Both the position numbers and the translations under genes were made by a program. From a bacterium (GTDB taxonomy: Bacteria > UBA8248), in NCBI GenBank assembly GCA_965213625.1, contig CBDBZU010000004.1, forward strand, positions 2,528,001-2,592,000: a stretch of 64,000 nucleotides of DNA, in the 5' to 3' direction. Under the pieces are notes generated by a model. It was not told the DNA's origin, did no database searches, and saw only the letters and a program-made list of their open reading frames with translations. This document shows, one piece after another, positions 31,889-41,989 of this stretch. The number at the start of each line of letters is the position of its first letter. The stretch's first letter is position 1.

Positions 31889-32424
31889 GCGTCGTTCTCA
31901 TCGGTTTCAAGGGATGCGGTAAATCGACCATCGGACCTTTGCTCGCCGAAGAACTGGGGTTCTCTTTTCACGATCTCGACCATTTGATCGAACAAAGACA
32001 TTTTGAGGAGACAGGAAAGCGGCTGGGATTTCGCGAGGTTTTCAGAACGAGAGGCGAAGAATCTTTCCGCTCATTGGAAAATAATTTGTTGCGCGAGCAT
32101 CTTGGTCAAGCGAATCTCGTTCTTGCGCTCGGCGGTGGAACGCCGATGTCGCCGGGTGTAGATTCTCTGCTTGCTCCCCATTGTGTGGTTTTTCTCCAGG
32201 CGCCGGAGAATGAAATCATCGAGAGGGTACGTGCCGATGGCTGGCCCGCCTATTTGGAAAACGAGGCGGATCCGGAAGAAGCGTTGCGTCTGCTTTTCAA
32301 AAAGCGCGTTCCGCGTTATGAAGAACTCGCGAAATTGATCGTGGAGAACACGTGCGCGCCTGAGGAGGTCGTCGCGGCGATTCTGCCTGAAATACGCGTG
32401 CTTTTGTCGAAGATTGAAACGTAG
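31885..32424 (+). CDS. aroK: Shikimate kinase
   Basis: [19 protein letters not shown] and ALGGG motifs; directly precedes aroC. Confidence 0.9.
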   Translation: MSVVLIGFKGCGKSTIGPLLAEELGFSFHDLDHLIEQRHFEETGKRLGFREVFRTRGEESFRSLENNLLREHLGQANLVLALGGGTPMSPGVDSLLAPHCVVFLQAPENEIIERVRADGWPAYLENEADPEEALRLLFKKRVPRYEELAKLIVENTCAPEEVVAAILPEIRVLLSKIET

Positions 32425-32435
32425 AAAGGGAAATC

Positions 32436-33518
32436 GTGTCGAACACGTTTGGCCGTTTGTTTCGTTTTACAACTTGGGGTGAGTCCCACGGCCCCGCTCT
32501 GGGCGTCGTGGTGGACGGCTGTCCTGCAGGTCTGCCGCTGGAAGAATCCGACCTCCAGCGGGATTTGGACCGTAGGCGGCCGGGCCAGAGCCGGGTGACG
32601 ACCCAGCGAAAAGAAGAGGACCGGGCGGAGATTTTATCCGGCGTCTTTGAAGGCATGACGACCGGGCATCCCATCTCGGTTCTCATTCGGAACAAAGACG
32701 CCGATTCGAGTAAATATGAACCCTTGCGCAACTTGTTTCGACCGGGACACGCGGATTTCACCTACATCAAGAAATGGGGGATACGTGACCATCGAGGCGG
32801 TGGGCGTTCCAGCGCGCGGGAGACGGCCGCACGCGTTGCTGCGGGAGCGATAGCCAAGAAACTCCTCGCCCGCCTCGGCATATCGATAATGGGCTACGTC
32901 GATCAGGTGGGAGAAGTTCGCTGGGATGGTGCTCATTTCGACGCAGACGAGATAGAGCGGAACATCGTTCGCTGTCCAGATCCAGAAACGGCGTCCCGGA
33001 TGGAGGCGGCCATCCTCGAGGCCCGAAAGGCGGGCGATTCGGTAGGCGGGGCTATCACCATTCAGGCCGATGGCGTTCCCGCTGGTTGGGGAGAGCCGCT
33101 ATATGGGCGCCTAGACTCGGATCTTGCGGCGGCGATGATGAGCATCAACGCGGTGAAAGGAGTGGAAATCGGCTCCGGCTTCCGGGCCGCCGGGATGCGA
33201 GGTTCCGAGAACAACGATCCGTTCGAGATGAAAAACGGCGAGCCGGGGGTGAGGACGAACAACGCGGGCGGAATTTTGGGCGGCATATCCTCGGGCGCGC
33301 CCGTGGTGGTTCGCTTCGCGGTAAAGCCCACTTCCTCCATTTTGATTGAGCAGGACACGGTGACGTCGTCAGGTGAGAAAACGACTGTGAAGGTAGAGGG
33401 ACGGCACGACCCCTGTGTGGCGACACGGGCGGTGCCCATCGGCGAGGCGATGATGGCGCTCGTTTTGGCGGATCATTGGCGTCTCGGCTTAGGGAGCCGC
33501 ATCGGCGAGCCCGGTTGA
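32436..33518 (+). CDS. aroC: Chorismate synthase
   Basis: [21 protein letters not shown] and GRHDPCV motifs. Confidence 0.98.
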   Translation: MSNTFGRLFRFTTWGESHGPALGVVVDGCPAGLPLEESDLQRDLDRRRPGQSRVTTQRKEEDRAEILSGVFEGMTTGHPISVLIRNKDADSSKYEPLRNLFRPGHADFTYIKKWGIRDHRGGGRSSARETAARVAAGAIAKKLLARLGISIMGYVDQVGEVRWDGAHFDADEIERNIVRCPDPETASRMEAAILEARKAGDSVGGAITIQADGVPAGWGEPLYGRLDSDLAAAMMSINAVKGVEIGSGFRAAGMRGSENNDPFEMKNGEPGVRTNNAGGILGGISSGAPVVVRFAVKPTSSILIEQDTVTSSGEKTTVKVEGRHDPCVATRAVPIGEAMMALVLADHWRLGLGSRIGEPG

Positions 33519-33661
33519 GCGCTGTTGAAAGTAAAAATCATCGGATTCTTGGCATTAGCGAGTTTATGCGTCGCAGAGAGTGCCATCTATCTACGTTTTA
33601 TAGGGCAAGGGTTATCGGTTAGAGTCATTACAATTGTTTCCGTTTCTCCATGGAGTGCGTC

Positions 33662-34459
33662 ATGAAACTCGGGGTCGTGGGTCTTGGCGTCATAGGCCAG
33701 GCCGTGGTGAAGGCCGTGGATGAAGGGAAAATACCCGTCGATATACCTGTCGCCGCGACTCGAACGCTCGAAAAAGTGGAAGATTTTCTGGCGAGTCTTA
33801 ATAATCCGCCGCGCATGATGGACCTTACGAGCGTGGCGCAAGAAGCGGACGTCGTAATGGAAGCCTCGGGCGGAGAAACCGTAGAGGTGATTTGCCATGA
33901 GAGTTTCGCGCGAGGGAAAGACGTAATCATCAACTCTGTTGGCGCGCTTCTCGAACGGGATGATTTGATCGAAGAGGCGAAGCGGGGAGGTTCCCGTATA
34001 TTTGTTCCCTCGGGCGCCATCATCGGTTTGGACGGTCTCAAGGGCGCTTCGGCCGGCAGGATGGAATCCGTCACCATGACGACGAGAAAACCGCCCGAAA
34101 GCCTGAAAGGCGCCCCCTATATCGAAACCCAGGGTATTGACCTCGACGCCATCGATGCACCGACGGTGATTTTTGAGGGTAATCCCTTGGAAGCATGCAA
34201 AGCGTTTCCGGCGAACGTGAACGTATCCGCCGCCGTAAGCTTCGCGGGAATCGGGCCGCTCAGGACGAAACTGCGGATCGTGTGCGACCCCACGGTCAAT
34301 CGGAATATCCACGAGGTCGAAGCAGTGGGAGAATTCGGGCGTTCCTTTATCCGTATTGAAAACGTGCCGTCTGTAAATTATCGAACGGGTATATTGACGT
34401 ATCTCTCGACATTTTCCTTCCTCAGAGATCGAACATCCACATTGATTGTCGGCACCTAG
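33662..34459 (+). CDS. nadX: L-aspartate dehydrogenase (NadX-like)
   Basis: GLGVIG, SVGAL, PSGAIIGLD, RKPP, FPANVNV and NIHEV motifs. Confidence 0.85.
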   Translation: MKLGVVGLGVIGQAVVKAVDEGKIPVDIPVAATRTLEKVEDFLASLNNPPRMMDLTSVAQEADVVMEASGGETVEVICHESFARGKDVIINSVGALLERDDLIEEAKRGGSRIFVPSGAIIGLDGLKGASAGRMESVTMTTRKPPESLKGAPYIETQGIDLDAIDAPTVIFEGNPLEACKAFPANVNVSAAVSFAGIGPLRTKLRIVCDPTVNRNIHEVEAVGEFGRSFIRIENVPSVNYRTGILTYLSTFSFLRDRTSTLIVGT

Positions 34460-34489
34460 CAGTTTGACGCGCGGTGCCTGAACGGAGGT

Positions 34490-35479
34490 GTGTATTTGAA
34501 CCAGAACGTCGTTTTTTTCGTGCCCGAGACGCGCGCGCCCATTGAGTCGCTGCGAAACATGCTGAAGCCGCATGGCGAGTTTCGCGACGGCGGCCACCGG
34601 AAGTGGAGCGAAGACGAATTGGTGCGCGATGCTCATGAATGGGACGCCCTGCTGGTAACTTCAAGAGAGCAAATCACGGAGCGGGTAATCGAAGCCGGCA
34701 CGCGCCTGAAACTCATCGCCAAGATCGGCGTGGGCGTTGAGAACATCGATATCCCTGCGGCGACAAAGCGAAAAATTCCGGTCACGAACTGCCCGGGCGC
34801 GAATGCCGTCGCCGTGGCGGAGGCGGCTCTGGGCCTGATGCTGGCCGCGAGCCGACGGATTCCCCAGGGAATGGAAAAGCTGCGAGAAGGGGGTTGGCGC
34901 GAGGGAATCTGGATCTCCAACGAAATGAGCGGAGCGACGTTCGGCATCGTCGGCTTCGGGAACATCGGGCGGGAACTGGCCAGGCTCCTGTCCGGCTTTC
35001 AGGGTCGCATTCTGGCGTATGACGCGTTCGTGCGCGATGAGGCGATACGCGAGGCGGGTGTAGAGCCGGTGGATTTGGATCGGTTGACGAGTGAATCGGA
35101 TTTCATATCGGTCCATTGCAGTTTGACGCCCGAAACGCGCCACATGTTCGATGCCAAACGGTTTCGGATGATGAAAAAATCGGCGGTGCTCGTGAACTGC
35201 GCGCGTGGAGCGATTATCGATGAGGCCGCGCTGGTACACGCGCTCAGGGAAGGGGAAATCTGCTCGGCCGGCATCGATGTTTTCGAGGAAGAACCCCCGA
35301 AGTCGGATAATCCGCTTTTCGATTTAACGAACGCCGTAGTGACGCCGCATTTCGCCGGCGCGAGCCACGAGGCGCGAGAGCGCGTGAATCGGCTGGCCGG
35401 CGAGAACGTGCTGGCTGTCATGAGGGGAGTGCGGGTGAATCCCGTGACGTTGCTCAACCCCGAGGTCTATGAAAACTGA
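34490..35479 (+). CDS. D-2-hydroxyacid dehydrogenase (SerA-like, no ACT domain)
   Basis: GVGVENID, GFGNIG, VNCARG, DVFEEEP and TPHFAG motifs. Confidence 0.92.
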   Translation: MYLNQNVVFFVPETRAPIESLRNMLKPHGEFRDGGHRKWSEDELVRDAHEWDALLVTSREQITERVIEAGTRLKLIAKIGVGVENIDIPAATKRKIPVTNCPGANAVAVAEAALGLMLAASRRIPQGMEKLREGGWREGIWISNEMSGATFGIVGFGNIGRELARLLSGFQGRILAYDAFVRDEAIREAGVEPVDLDRLTSESDFISVHCSLTPETRHMFDAKRFRMMKKSAVLVNCARGAIIDEAALVHALREGEICSAGIDVFEEEPPKSDNPLFDLTNAVVTPHFAGASHEARERVNRLAGENVLAVMRGVRVNPVTLLNPEVYEN

Positions 35480-35607
35480 TTTTGACCTGAAATGGCGCAT
35501 GATTTATTTGTCTCGGAGGCTTGCGCCCATCCGTGTCAGATCACTATACTTGCGCGGTTGCTCAAAACTCCGGGCCTCACAATCCCACAGTGCTGGAGGA
35601 TGTTTTT

Positions 35608-36522
35608 TTGGAAGGCGCAACAGATAAAATTTGGATGGATGGAGAATTCGTCCCCTGGAATGAAGCAAAAATTCATGTCCTCACGCATTCGCTGCACTAC
35701 GGATTGGGGGTATTCGAGGGGATTCGCTGCTATCAGACCGAGCGTGGCTCCGCTATTTTCCGCTTCGAAGAGCACATGCGGAGACTTTATGATTCCGCGC
35801 AGATTGTGGGTCTGGAAGTGCCCGTCACGCAGGATGATTTCACCGAAGCGGTGCTGGAGACGATTCGCACCAACGAGATGAAGGCGTGCTATATCCGCCC
35901 GCTCATCTGGCTCGGTTACGGGTCCATGGGGGTGAACCCCAAAGGGGCGCCCACTCATGCGATGGTTGCAGTCTGGAGTTGGGGAGCCTATCTGGGCGAG
36001 GAGGGCTTGGCCAAAGGCATCCGGGTCAAGGTCTCATCTTTCACGTCTCATCATCCGAACAGCTATATGACGAAGGCGAAAACCACGGGCAACTACGCCG
36101 TCAGCCAGATGGCGAAGCTGGAAGCCGTGGGTGCGGGGTACGATGAGGCGCTTATGCTGGACCCGGAGGGTCTGATAACGCAGGGTTCGGGCGAGAATAT
36201 TTTCATCGTCAGAGACGGCGTGCTCAAGACGCCTCCGCTTCACGGCGTACTGGCGGGCATTACGCGCGACACCATCGTCCAGCTCGCCGATGAGCAGGGT
36301 GTCGAGATGCAGGTCGCACCATTCGCTCGAGATGAAGTCTATGTGGCGGATGAGGCCTTCTTCACCGGCACGGCGGCCGAGGTGACACCCATTCGGGAGG
36401 TGGACGGTAGAATCATCGGTTCGGGAGAGCCTGGTCCGGTAACGAAGAGGATTCAATCCGCATTTTTCGAGATCGTGAACGGGCGCGATGAGAGCAAGCT
36501 CGATTGGCTTACCTTCATTTAA
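35608..36522 (+). CDS. ilvE: Branched-chain amino acid aminotransferase
   Basis: LHYGLGVFEGIR, AKTTGNY, GENIF, LAGITR and TGTAAEV motifs; TTG start after GGAGG is inferred. Confidence 0.95.
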   Translation: MEGATDKIWMDGEFVPWNEAKIHVLTHSLHYGLGVFEGIRCYQTERGSAIFRFEEHMRRLYDSAQIVGLEVPVTQDDFTEAVLETIRTNEMKACYIRPLIWLGYGSMGVNPKGAPTHAMVAVWSWGAYLGEEGLAKGIRVKVSSFTSHHPNSYMTKAKTTGNYAVSQMAKLEAVGAGYDEALMLDPEGLITQGSGENIFIVRDGVLKTPPLHGVLAGITRDTIVQLADEQGVEMQVAPFARDEVYVADEAFFTGTAAEVTPIREVDGRIIGSGEPGPVTKRIQSAFFEIVNGRDESKLDWLTFI

Positions 36523-36541
36523 CGACGAGGAGATACGAGAA

Positions 36542-36874
36542 GTGCCGATTTACGAATATGAATGCAGCGGATGCGGGGATGAACACGAGGTGATCCAGAG
36601 GATGTCGGATGGCGCCTTGAGAAAATGCCCGAGTTGCGGCGCACTCAGACTCAGACGCAAAATCTCCCGCTCTGCCTTCCACCTCAAGGGCGATGGTTGG
36701 TATGTGACGGACTACGCCTCGAACGGCAAGGGCAAAGAGCAGGACTCTCAGAGCAGCGATTCCGAGTCGAAATCAGAGAGCAAATCAACCGAAAAGAAAG
36801 AAACGGCGGCCTCGAACGGCTCAACTCCGAAGCAGACCAGCACGAAAAAGCCCGAACCGGTAGCTGCAAGTTAG
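36542..36874 (+). CDS. FmdB-family zinc ribbon protein
   Basis: MPIYEYEC..C, CPSCG and FHLKGDGWYVTDY motifs; low-complexity tail. Confidence 0.9.
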   Translation: MPIYEYECSGCGDEHEVIQRMSDGALRKCPSCGALRLRRKISRSAFHLKGDGWYVTDYASNGKGKEQDSQSSDSESKSESKSTEKKETAASNGSTPKQTSTKKPEPVAAS

Positions 36875-37644
36875 TTTTTCGGTAAAAACGCAACCATTCT
36901 AACGATACAGCCGTCACCGCCCGTCCATCGCCAGGGGAATGCGGCCAGCGCGAATCGTTTGCCCACGACCTTGTCGATGTCTCCCCCCACGTTCTCGAAG
37001 CCGACGATTCCATTCCCCAGAAGCGCGCGGTGGCAGGGCTCCCAGTCAGGGAAAGCCTCGCTTGTGGGGCGGTCGAACCGTTGTTCGTATTCCTCGAGAG
37101 TGAACGGACAGATGGGCTGGGGTCCCCATGCGATTTTCGTCCCCAGCGGATGATCGAGCGCCTGTTGGTCTACGCCCACGCCCTTCACGCCGCGTTCCAC
37201 GAACCACTCGCCCGCCTCCTTGTAGAGACCAGGGGAGTAGATGAAGTATTTCGTGTTGTCGCCGTAATATCGGTGCCATCCGGTATGAACGATGACGATG
37301 TCGCCCGGTTGAATCTCCGGCCTTGCGTTTTCAAGGTCCTCGGGCGTAATGACTTCCCATTCCTCTTTTGGAATATCGACGCACACGGCGTTGCCGAAAT
37401 AACTTTGCAGCGGAACTTCATCCATGAACGGCGTACCTTCGATGACGTGCGCAGGAGCGTCGGTGTGGGTCGTGCAGTGCATGAATGTGGTGATTTGCTG
37501 ACTCAAGACCTGGCTTTTGGCGTGATAGTGAAATCTTTCGATCTTGACATCAGGAAAGTAGGGCCAAAGCGGGGCGCCATGCCCCCAGGGGTGGCTCAAG
37601 TCGATAATCTCGTAATCATCCAGACGGTCCGTGTCGATTATCAT
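36871..37644 (-). CDS. Cyclase family (kynurenine formamidase-like) metal hydrolase
   Basis: IDLSH, HCTTHTDAPAH (variant of HxGTHxDxPxH), HTGW and GDGCIVR motifs. Confidence 0.88.
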   Translation of the reverse strand: MIIDTDRLDDYEIIDLSHPWGHGAPLWPYFPDVKIERFHYHAKSQVLSQQITTFMHCTTHTDAPAHVIEGTPFMDEVPLQSYFGNAVCVDIPKEEWEVITPEDLENARPEIQPGDIVIVHTGWHRYYGDNTKYFIYSPGLYKEAGEWFVERGVKGVGVDQQALDHPLGTKIAWGPQPICPFTLEEYEQRFDRPTSEAFPDWEPCHRALLGNGIVGFENVGGDIDKVVGKRFALAAFPWRWTGGDGCIVRMVAFLPKN

Positions 37645-37773
37645 GGTATATTCGTCCTTCCACGAAAGATGTGATGGGTTTGATGACTATGGGTTCAAGC
37701 GAAATGTAGCAAAGATTCGAATACGCCGCCATGAATACGTGCTTTACGCGGCGATGACAAAGAAAGGAATGAC

Positions 37774-38010
37774 GTGGAAACGCATGAATGCCCCGCATGC
37801 GGCTTGCGATTTCGGCATGCGAACCCCAATGCGTGTACCGCCTGCAGCCGGGTGCATTGCCGCAACTGTCTCAAGGTGTTCAGGGACGAAATGGAAGAAG
37901 AACCGGAGGGGCGCTTTATCGTTTTGTGTCCCGAGTGTGAGGATTCCATCTCCTGGCGAGTGGAAGCACAGGAGGTATCGGCGTCGAGCTGGTCGGAATA
38001 CGGTGGATGA
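37774..38010 (+). CDS. Small 8-Cys zinc-finger protein with FYVE-like spacing
   Basis: Four CxxC pairs (C6/9, C21/24, C29/32, C52/55); AAGGA RBS before the GTG start. Confidence 0.7.
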   Translation: METHECPACGLRFRHANPNACTACSRVHCRNCLKVFRDEMEEEPEGRFIVLCPECEDSISWRVEAQEVSASSWSEYGG

Positions 38011-38085
38011 GTCTCGCACGAAGCGAAAATGCGTTACGCATCTTGCCAGAAGGCATGAGGAGACGCTAAGTTACATCTTCTTTCT

Positions 38086-38172
38086 GCCGGAGTGGCGGAA
38101 TTGGTAGACGCAGTGGACTCAAAATCCACCGGGGGCAACCCCTTGCCGGTTCGAGTCCGGCCTCCGGCACCA
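38086..38172 (+). tRNA. tRNA-Leu, anticodon CAA
   Basis: GCCGGAG/CTCCGGC acceptor stem, GTGGA-CTCAAAA-TCCAC anticodon arm, long variable arm, GTTCGAG T-loop and encoded CCA. Confidence 0.97.
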
Positions 38173-38219
38173 ACTTGCGTTTTTTCAAAATGGATTTTCG
38201 ATAGGACAAGAAAGTCTCC

Positions 38220-39332
38220 ATGCGCGTACCCCTTTATGACTTGAAAGCTCAAAACGGACCGCTCAATGCCCAGATGATGACTGCGGTCGAAAGAGTAATG
38301 TCCCACCAGAGGTTCGTCATGGGTGAGGAGATTGGCGCTTTCGAGGACGAAATGGCGGCCTATTGTAGTGCCGGTCACGCCGTCGCCGTTTCTTCGGGTA
38401 CGGATGCTCTGCTCCTGGCATTGATGGCGAACGACGTAAGACCAGGCGATGAAATTATCACCTCGGCGTTCACGTTTTTCGCCACGGCGGGCGTCATCCA
38501 TCGCCTGGGTGCTAAGACGGTGTTCGTGGATATCGACCCCGACACGTTCAATCTCGCGCCTGAACTTCTCGAAGAGGCCATCACGCCCAAAACGAAAGGG
38601 GTCATACCCGTTCATATGTATGGCCGTTGCGCCCCGATGACGGAGATTCTCGCAATAGCCGAAAGAAATGGGATTTTCGTGGTGGAAGACGCTGCCCAGG
38701 CCGTCGGCGCGCAGTTGAATCTGGGGATGGCCGGCGCCATCGGAGATGCGGGCTGTCTATCGTTTTATCCCACAAAAAACCTGAGCGCGCTTGGCGATGC
38801 AGGCATGGTTTTGGCCAAAGACGGCGCGCTGGCCGAGCGCATGAGGAAGCTCAGGATTCATGGTTCGCCCGACAATTCCGAGTATGACGAGGTGGGCGGG
38901 AATTTCAGAATGGATACGATGCAGGCGGCGTTTTTGTCCGTCAAACTAAATCGCTTGGAAGAGTGGAACGCAAAGAGGCGGGAAAACGCTCGAAAATATC
39001 ATGAAAGGTTCGAGGCGGGCGGGATTATCGGGGAGCGCTTCAGGCCGCCTTTGATTCCAGGTGTAGGCCATGTGTTTCACCAATATGTCGTTCGCACACC
39101 CGAGAGGGACGCGCTACAGGAACATTTGTCCCAAAATGGCGTCGGTAGCGCCGTTTATTATTCCTCTCCTTTACATCTTCATCCCTGTTTTGATGGGTAT
39201 GGGCAGGGGGATTTTCCCGAGAGCGAGGCTGCAGCGGCCCAGGTATTATCGCTTCCCGTCTATCCGGAATTGCCGGATGAGGACCTCGATTTTGTTTCGG
39301 AAACGGTGATTCAGTTTTTCAGTGTTAGATAG
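38220..39332 (+). CDS. DegT/DnrJ/EryC1/StrS family sugar aminotransferase
   Basis: SSGTDAL, PVHMYG, EDAAQA and SFYPTKNL motifs. Confidence 0.94.
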   Translation: MRVPLYDLKAQNGPLNAQMMTAVERVMSHQRFVMGEEIGAFEDEMAAYCSAGHAVAVSSGTDALLLALMANDVRPGDEIITSAFTFFATAGVIHRLGAKTVFVDIDPDTFNLAPELLEEAITPKTKGVIPVHMYGRCAPMTEILAIAERNGIFVVEDAAQAVGAQLNLGMAGAIGDAGCLSFYPTKNLSALGDAGMVLAKDGALAERMRKLRIHGSPDNSEYDEVGGNFRMDTMQAAFLSVKLNRLEEWNAKRRENARKYHERFEAGGIIGERFRPPLIPGVGHVFHQYVVRTPERDALQEHLSQNGVGSAVYYSSPLHLHPCFDGYGQGDFPESEAAAAQVLSLPVYPELPDEDLDFVSETVIQFFSVR

Positions 39333-39676
39333 AGCAGAGCGAGAAGAAGTCCCGCTACCCCGAACCAGAGGATCTTGCCTTCTGTTTTGAGGTAGCTCCT
39401 CCATTCCTTCCTGTCGTCTTCGGTGAATGGTTCCCTGCGCGTGCCGTCATCGTGCGGGCCGGTGATCTCCTGATACAAATCCTTTTCCCGCGGTGTGGCT
39501 GATTCTTGTTTCTGGCGGTTTTGCGCCGTCCAGTTCAAAAGGGCGAAATAGGCGAGAAAAACGGTTATCGTCAAAAGCCCCGTTATTCGTGCGGCAGTGT
39601 GATCTCCGAATATCCAACTCCCGATTCCCACGCCTAGAATGACGAGAAGAAAAACCGGGGAACAACCGGTGAGCAT
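39311..39676 (-). CDS. Hypothetical membrane protein with three hydrophobic segments
   Basis: GGAGA RBS; two N-terminal and one C-terminal transmembrane-like stretches; overlaps the convergent DegT gene end. Confidence 0.6.
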   Translation of the reverse strand: MLTGCSPVFLLVILGVGIGSWIFGDHTAARITGLLTITVFLAYFALLNWTAQNRQKQESATPREKDLYQEITGPHDDGTRREPFTEDDRKEWRSYLKTEGKILWFGVAGLLLALLYLTLKN

Positions 39677-39733
39677 GTTTTCTCCAATTGTTTAAGAATG
39701 ATGATTCTCGGTCATCTGATATCTATTAACGCC

Positions 39734-40342
39734 TTAATCCTTTTTCTGCCCGATGCGATTTTCCTCTCCCCGCAACAATCGTCCGATGTTGTCCTGATGT
39801 TTCCAAATCACCAACGAGGAGATGAGAGCGGAAGAGGCGCACACCGCTGTGGAGTAGCTCATCCAAACGCCGGCGAGCGGCACCGCCGCCGCGGCGAGCA
39901 TGGAGCCGAGAGAGACATAACGCGTCACGGACACCACAAGTATAAATGCCAGTGCGGCGATAGCAGTTGGCCCCGGAGTCAGGAGGGCGAAGACGCCCAG
40001 GCCGGTAGCCACGCCCTTGCCCCCGCGAAACCCGGTAAACGGCGAATACATGTGTCCGAGCACCGCCGCAAGAGCGGCGATGGGCTCCAGATCGGGGGCA
40101 GAGACGAGCGAGGCCGCATAACGGGCGAAAAGGATGGCTGCAACGCCTTTCAGCACATCGAGCAGAAGGGTGAGAACACCGCTTTTCCAGCCACTCGTTC
40201 TTAGTACGTTTGTCGCGCCGATGTTGCCGCTTCCCGATTTTCGCGGGTCTTCGGCACCAAGTAATCGAGTAATCAGTACTCCGAAGGGAATGGCCCCCAG
40301 GAATCCGCTGACCAGGGTGACGAGAAAATAAGCGCTTATCAA
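39734..40342 (-). CDS. plsY: Glycerol-3-phosphate acyltransferase
   Basis: GSGNIGATNVLR, DVLKG, FRGGKGVAT and KHQDNI motifs. Confidence 0.96.
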   Translation of the reverse strand: MISAYFLVTLVSGFLGAIPFGVLITRLLGAEDPRKSGSGNIGATNVLRTSGWKSGVLTLLLDVLKGVAAILFARYAASLVSAPDLEPIAALAAVLGHMYSPFTGFRGGKGVATGLGVFALLTPGPTAIAALAFILVVSVTRYVSLGSMLAAAAVPLAGVWMSYSTAVCASSALISSLVIWKHQDNIGRLLRGEENRIGQKKD

Positions 40343-40953
40343 GAGATAGCTCGGATAATTTGTCGAAAATAATCAACTGCAGAAACCACCGCCGCTATCA
40401 TGGCGGCCCAAATCAAAATGGTGCCGAGCGGAGGAAAAATGCTCAGGATGAGGAAAAAAATCGCCGCGACCTCCAGGCCCATCTTGATTTTGCCGAGAAG
40501 GCCTGCCGGCACCACCAGACCACGACGCAGGGCCACAGCGCGAAAGGCTGTCACTATGAGCTCCCGGCCGAGCAGAATGCCTACGACCCAGGCGTCCACT
40601 TTTCCTAGCGATACGAGGGGGATTAAAGCAGCGACGATGAGCAGCTTGTCGGCCACGGGGTCGAGAATCTCACCCAGAGGGGTAACCTGGTCGCGTGTTC
40701 TTGCCAGGTGACCGTCGAGCCAGTCCGTAAAGGCCGCCATGACGAACAGGCCGGCCGCGAAGTATTGTGCGGGGGGGGAACCCTGGAGCAAGAACATGAC
40801 GAGCAATGGGACCATCAGGATGCGGGCGAGGGTCAGACTGTTGGCGAGCGTGAATTTTTCTCCGGTTCCACTCGCGATAAGGCGTGAAGCCGCCTCTCGC
40901 CAGCCGGCGGGTGAAGCGTCGGATTTTTCTTGCTTCGCCTTGGACATCGTCAA
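40339..40953 (-). CDS. pgsA: CDP-diacylglycerol--glycerol-3-phosphate phosphatidyltransferase
   Basis: LANSLTLAR and TDWLDGHLAR...LDPVADK motifs. Confidence 0.93.
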   Translation of the reverse strand: MTMSKAKQEKSDASPAGWREAASRLIASGTGEKFTLANSLTLARILMVPLLVMFLLQGSPPAQYFAAGLFVMAAFTDWLDGHLARTRDQVTPLGEILDPVADKLLIVAALIPLVSLGKVDAWVVGILLGRELIVTAFRAVALRRGLVVPAGLLGKIKMGLEVAAIFFLILSIFPPLGTILIWAAMIAAVVSAVDYFRQIIRAIS

Positions 40954-41939
40954 CTCAGGAAATCATGCAGTGTCTCGTGACTGCTCTCCGCACGAAAGCG
41001 ATTGATTACTTTTTTTTCAATTTGCCTGATTCTTTCGCGCGATAATCCAAGTTTGTTCCCGATTTCTTCGAGCGTCATCGCCTCTCCGTCGAAGCCGTAG
41101 CGCATACGGATGATGTCTCGTTCTCTGGGGTCGAGTTCGGCTAGCAAGTCTTCCACCTCTTCCTCCAGAGAGTGTTGCACCACGTTATCCTCTACGGATA
41201 CGGCGCTCTGCTCTTCGAGTAAATCAAGGTAGCTGGTGTCGTCGTCGGGCGAGATGGTGGCGTCTAGAGAAAGATAATTCCGATTCGCGCGTATGAGTTT
41301 CTCGATGTCCGTCACTTTTATGTTCAATCGTTCGGACAACTCGGACGTCGAGGGTTCTCGCTTGAATTCCTGCCGGAGCTTTTCGTACATGATGGAAATT
41401 TTATGCAGTAGACCGGCCTGTTTAACGGGCAGCCGGACGGTGCTTCTCTGATCCGCCAAGGCGTGCATGATGCTTTGGCGAATCCACCATACAGCGTAGG
41501 TGATCAGTTTTACGCCGCGTTCCGGGTCGAAGCGTTTGATTGCATTGATCAACCCGATATTCCCTTCATTTATCAAATCCTCGAGTGAAAGCCCGAAGCC
41601 CTTGTAGCGGTTCGCCACACTGACGACATATCTCAAATTCGAGCGAACGAGTGTATTGAATGCTTCTTCATTCCCATCTCTTGCCGCGAGGGCGAGTGCG
41701 TGTTCTTCATCGCGCTTGAGAATAGAATGGGCTCCGATGTTTCTCAGATAGAGGGAAAGTGTATCGGCTGTTGGAGGAGAGGACGTGTCTTCTTCAGAAT
41801 TGCCTGGTGATTCGGAGAACGTAGGCGCATCTTCAGTATCACCTGAAGTGTGGGGAGACCTCTTTTTCGAATCAGGAATATCACTGCGTTCAACAGGGGA
41901 TTTTCTGTCTTCAGACTCGCCTTCGTTCGGCTCAGACAT
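40950..41939 (-). CDS. Sigma70-family factor, group 2-like (no region 1.1)
   Basis: SLYLRNI, SNLRYVV, DLINEGNIGL, TYAVWWIRQ and TLEEIG...SRERIRQIE motifs. Confidence 0.92.
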   Translation of the reverse strand: MSEPNEGESEDRKSPVERSDIPDSKKRSPHTSGDTEDAPTFSESPGNSEEDTSSPPTADTLSLYLRNIGAHSILKRDEEHALALAARDGNEEAFNTLVRSNLRYVVSVANRYKGFGLSLEDLINEGNIGLINAIKRFDPERGVKLITYAVWWIRQSIMHALADQRSTVRLPVKQAGLLHKISIMYEKLRQEFKREPSTSELSERLNIKVTDIEKLIRANRNYLSLDATISPDDDTSYLDLLEEQSAVSVEDNVVQHSLEEEVEDLLAELDPRERDIIRMRYGFDGEAMTLEEIGNKLGLSRERIRQIEKKVINRFRAESSHETLHDFLS

Positions 41940-41989
41940 CGAGAATTACTCGCATGTGAGTAGGAATTTGGAACAACTTGGGGAGCAAA

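Noticed and set aside
38086-38220. tRNA-Leu as an island integration site
   Set aside because: No duplicate of the tRNA 3' end and no integrase were seen in the window.
39311-39332. Switch from + to - strand genes as a replication terminus
   Set aside because: No convincing dif-like site was found, operon structure alone can explain the switch, and GC skew could not be computed.
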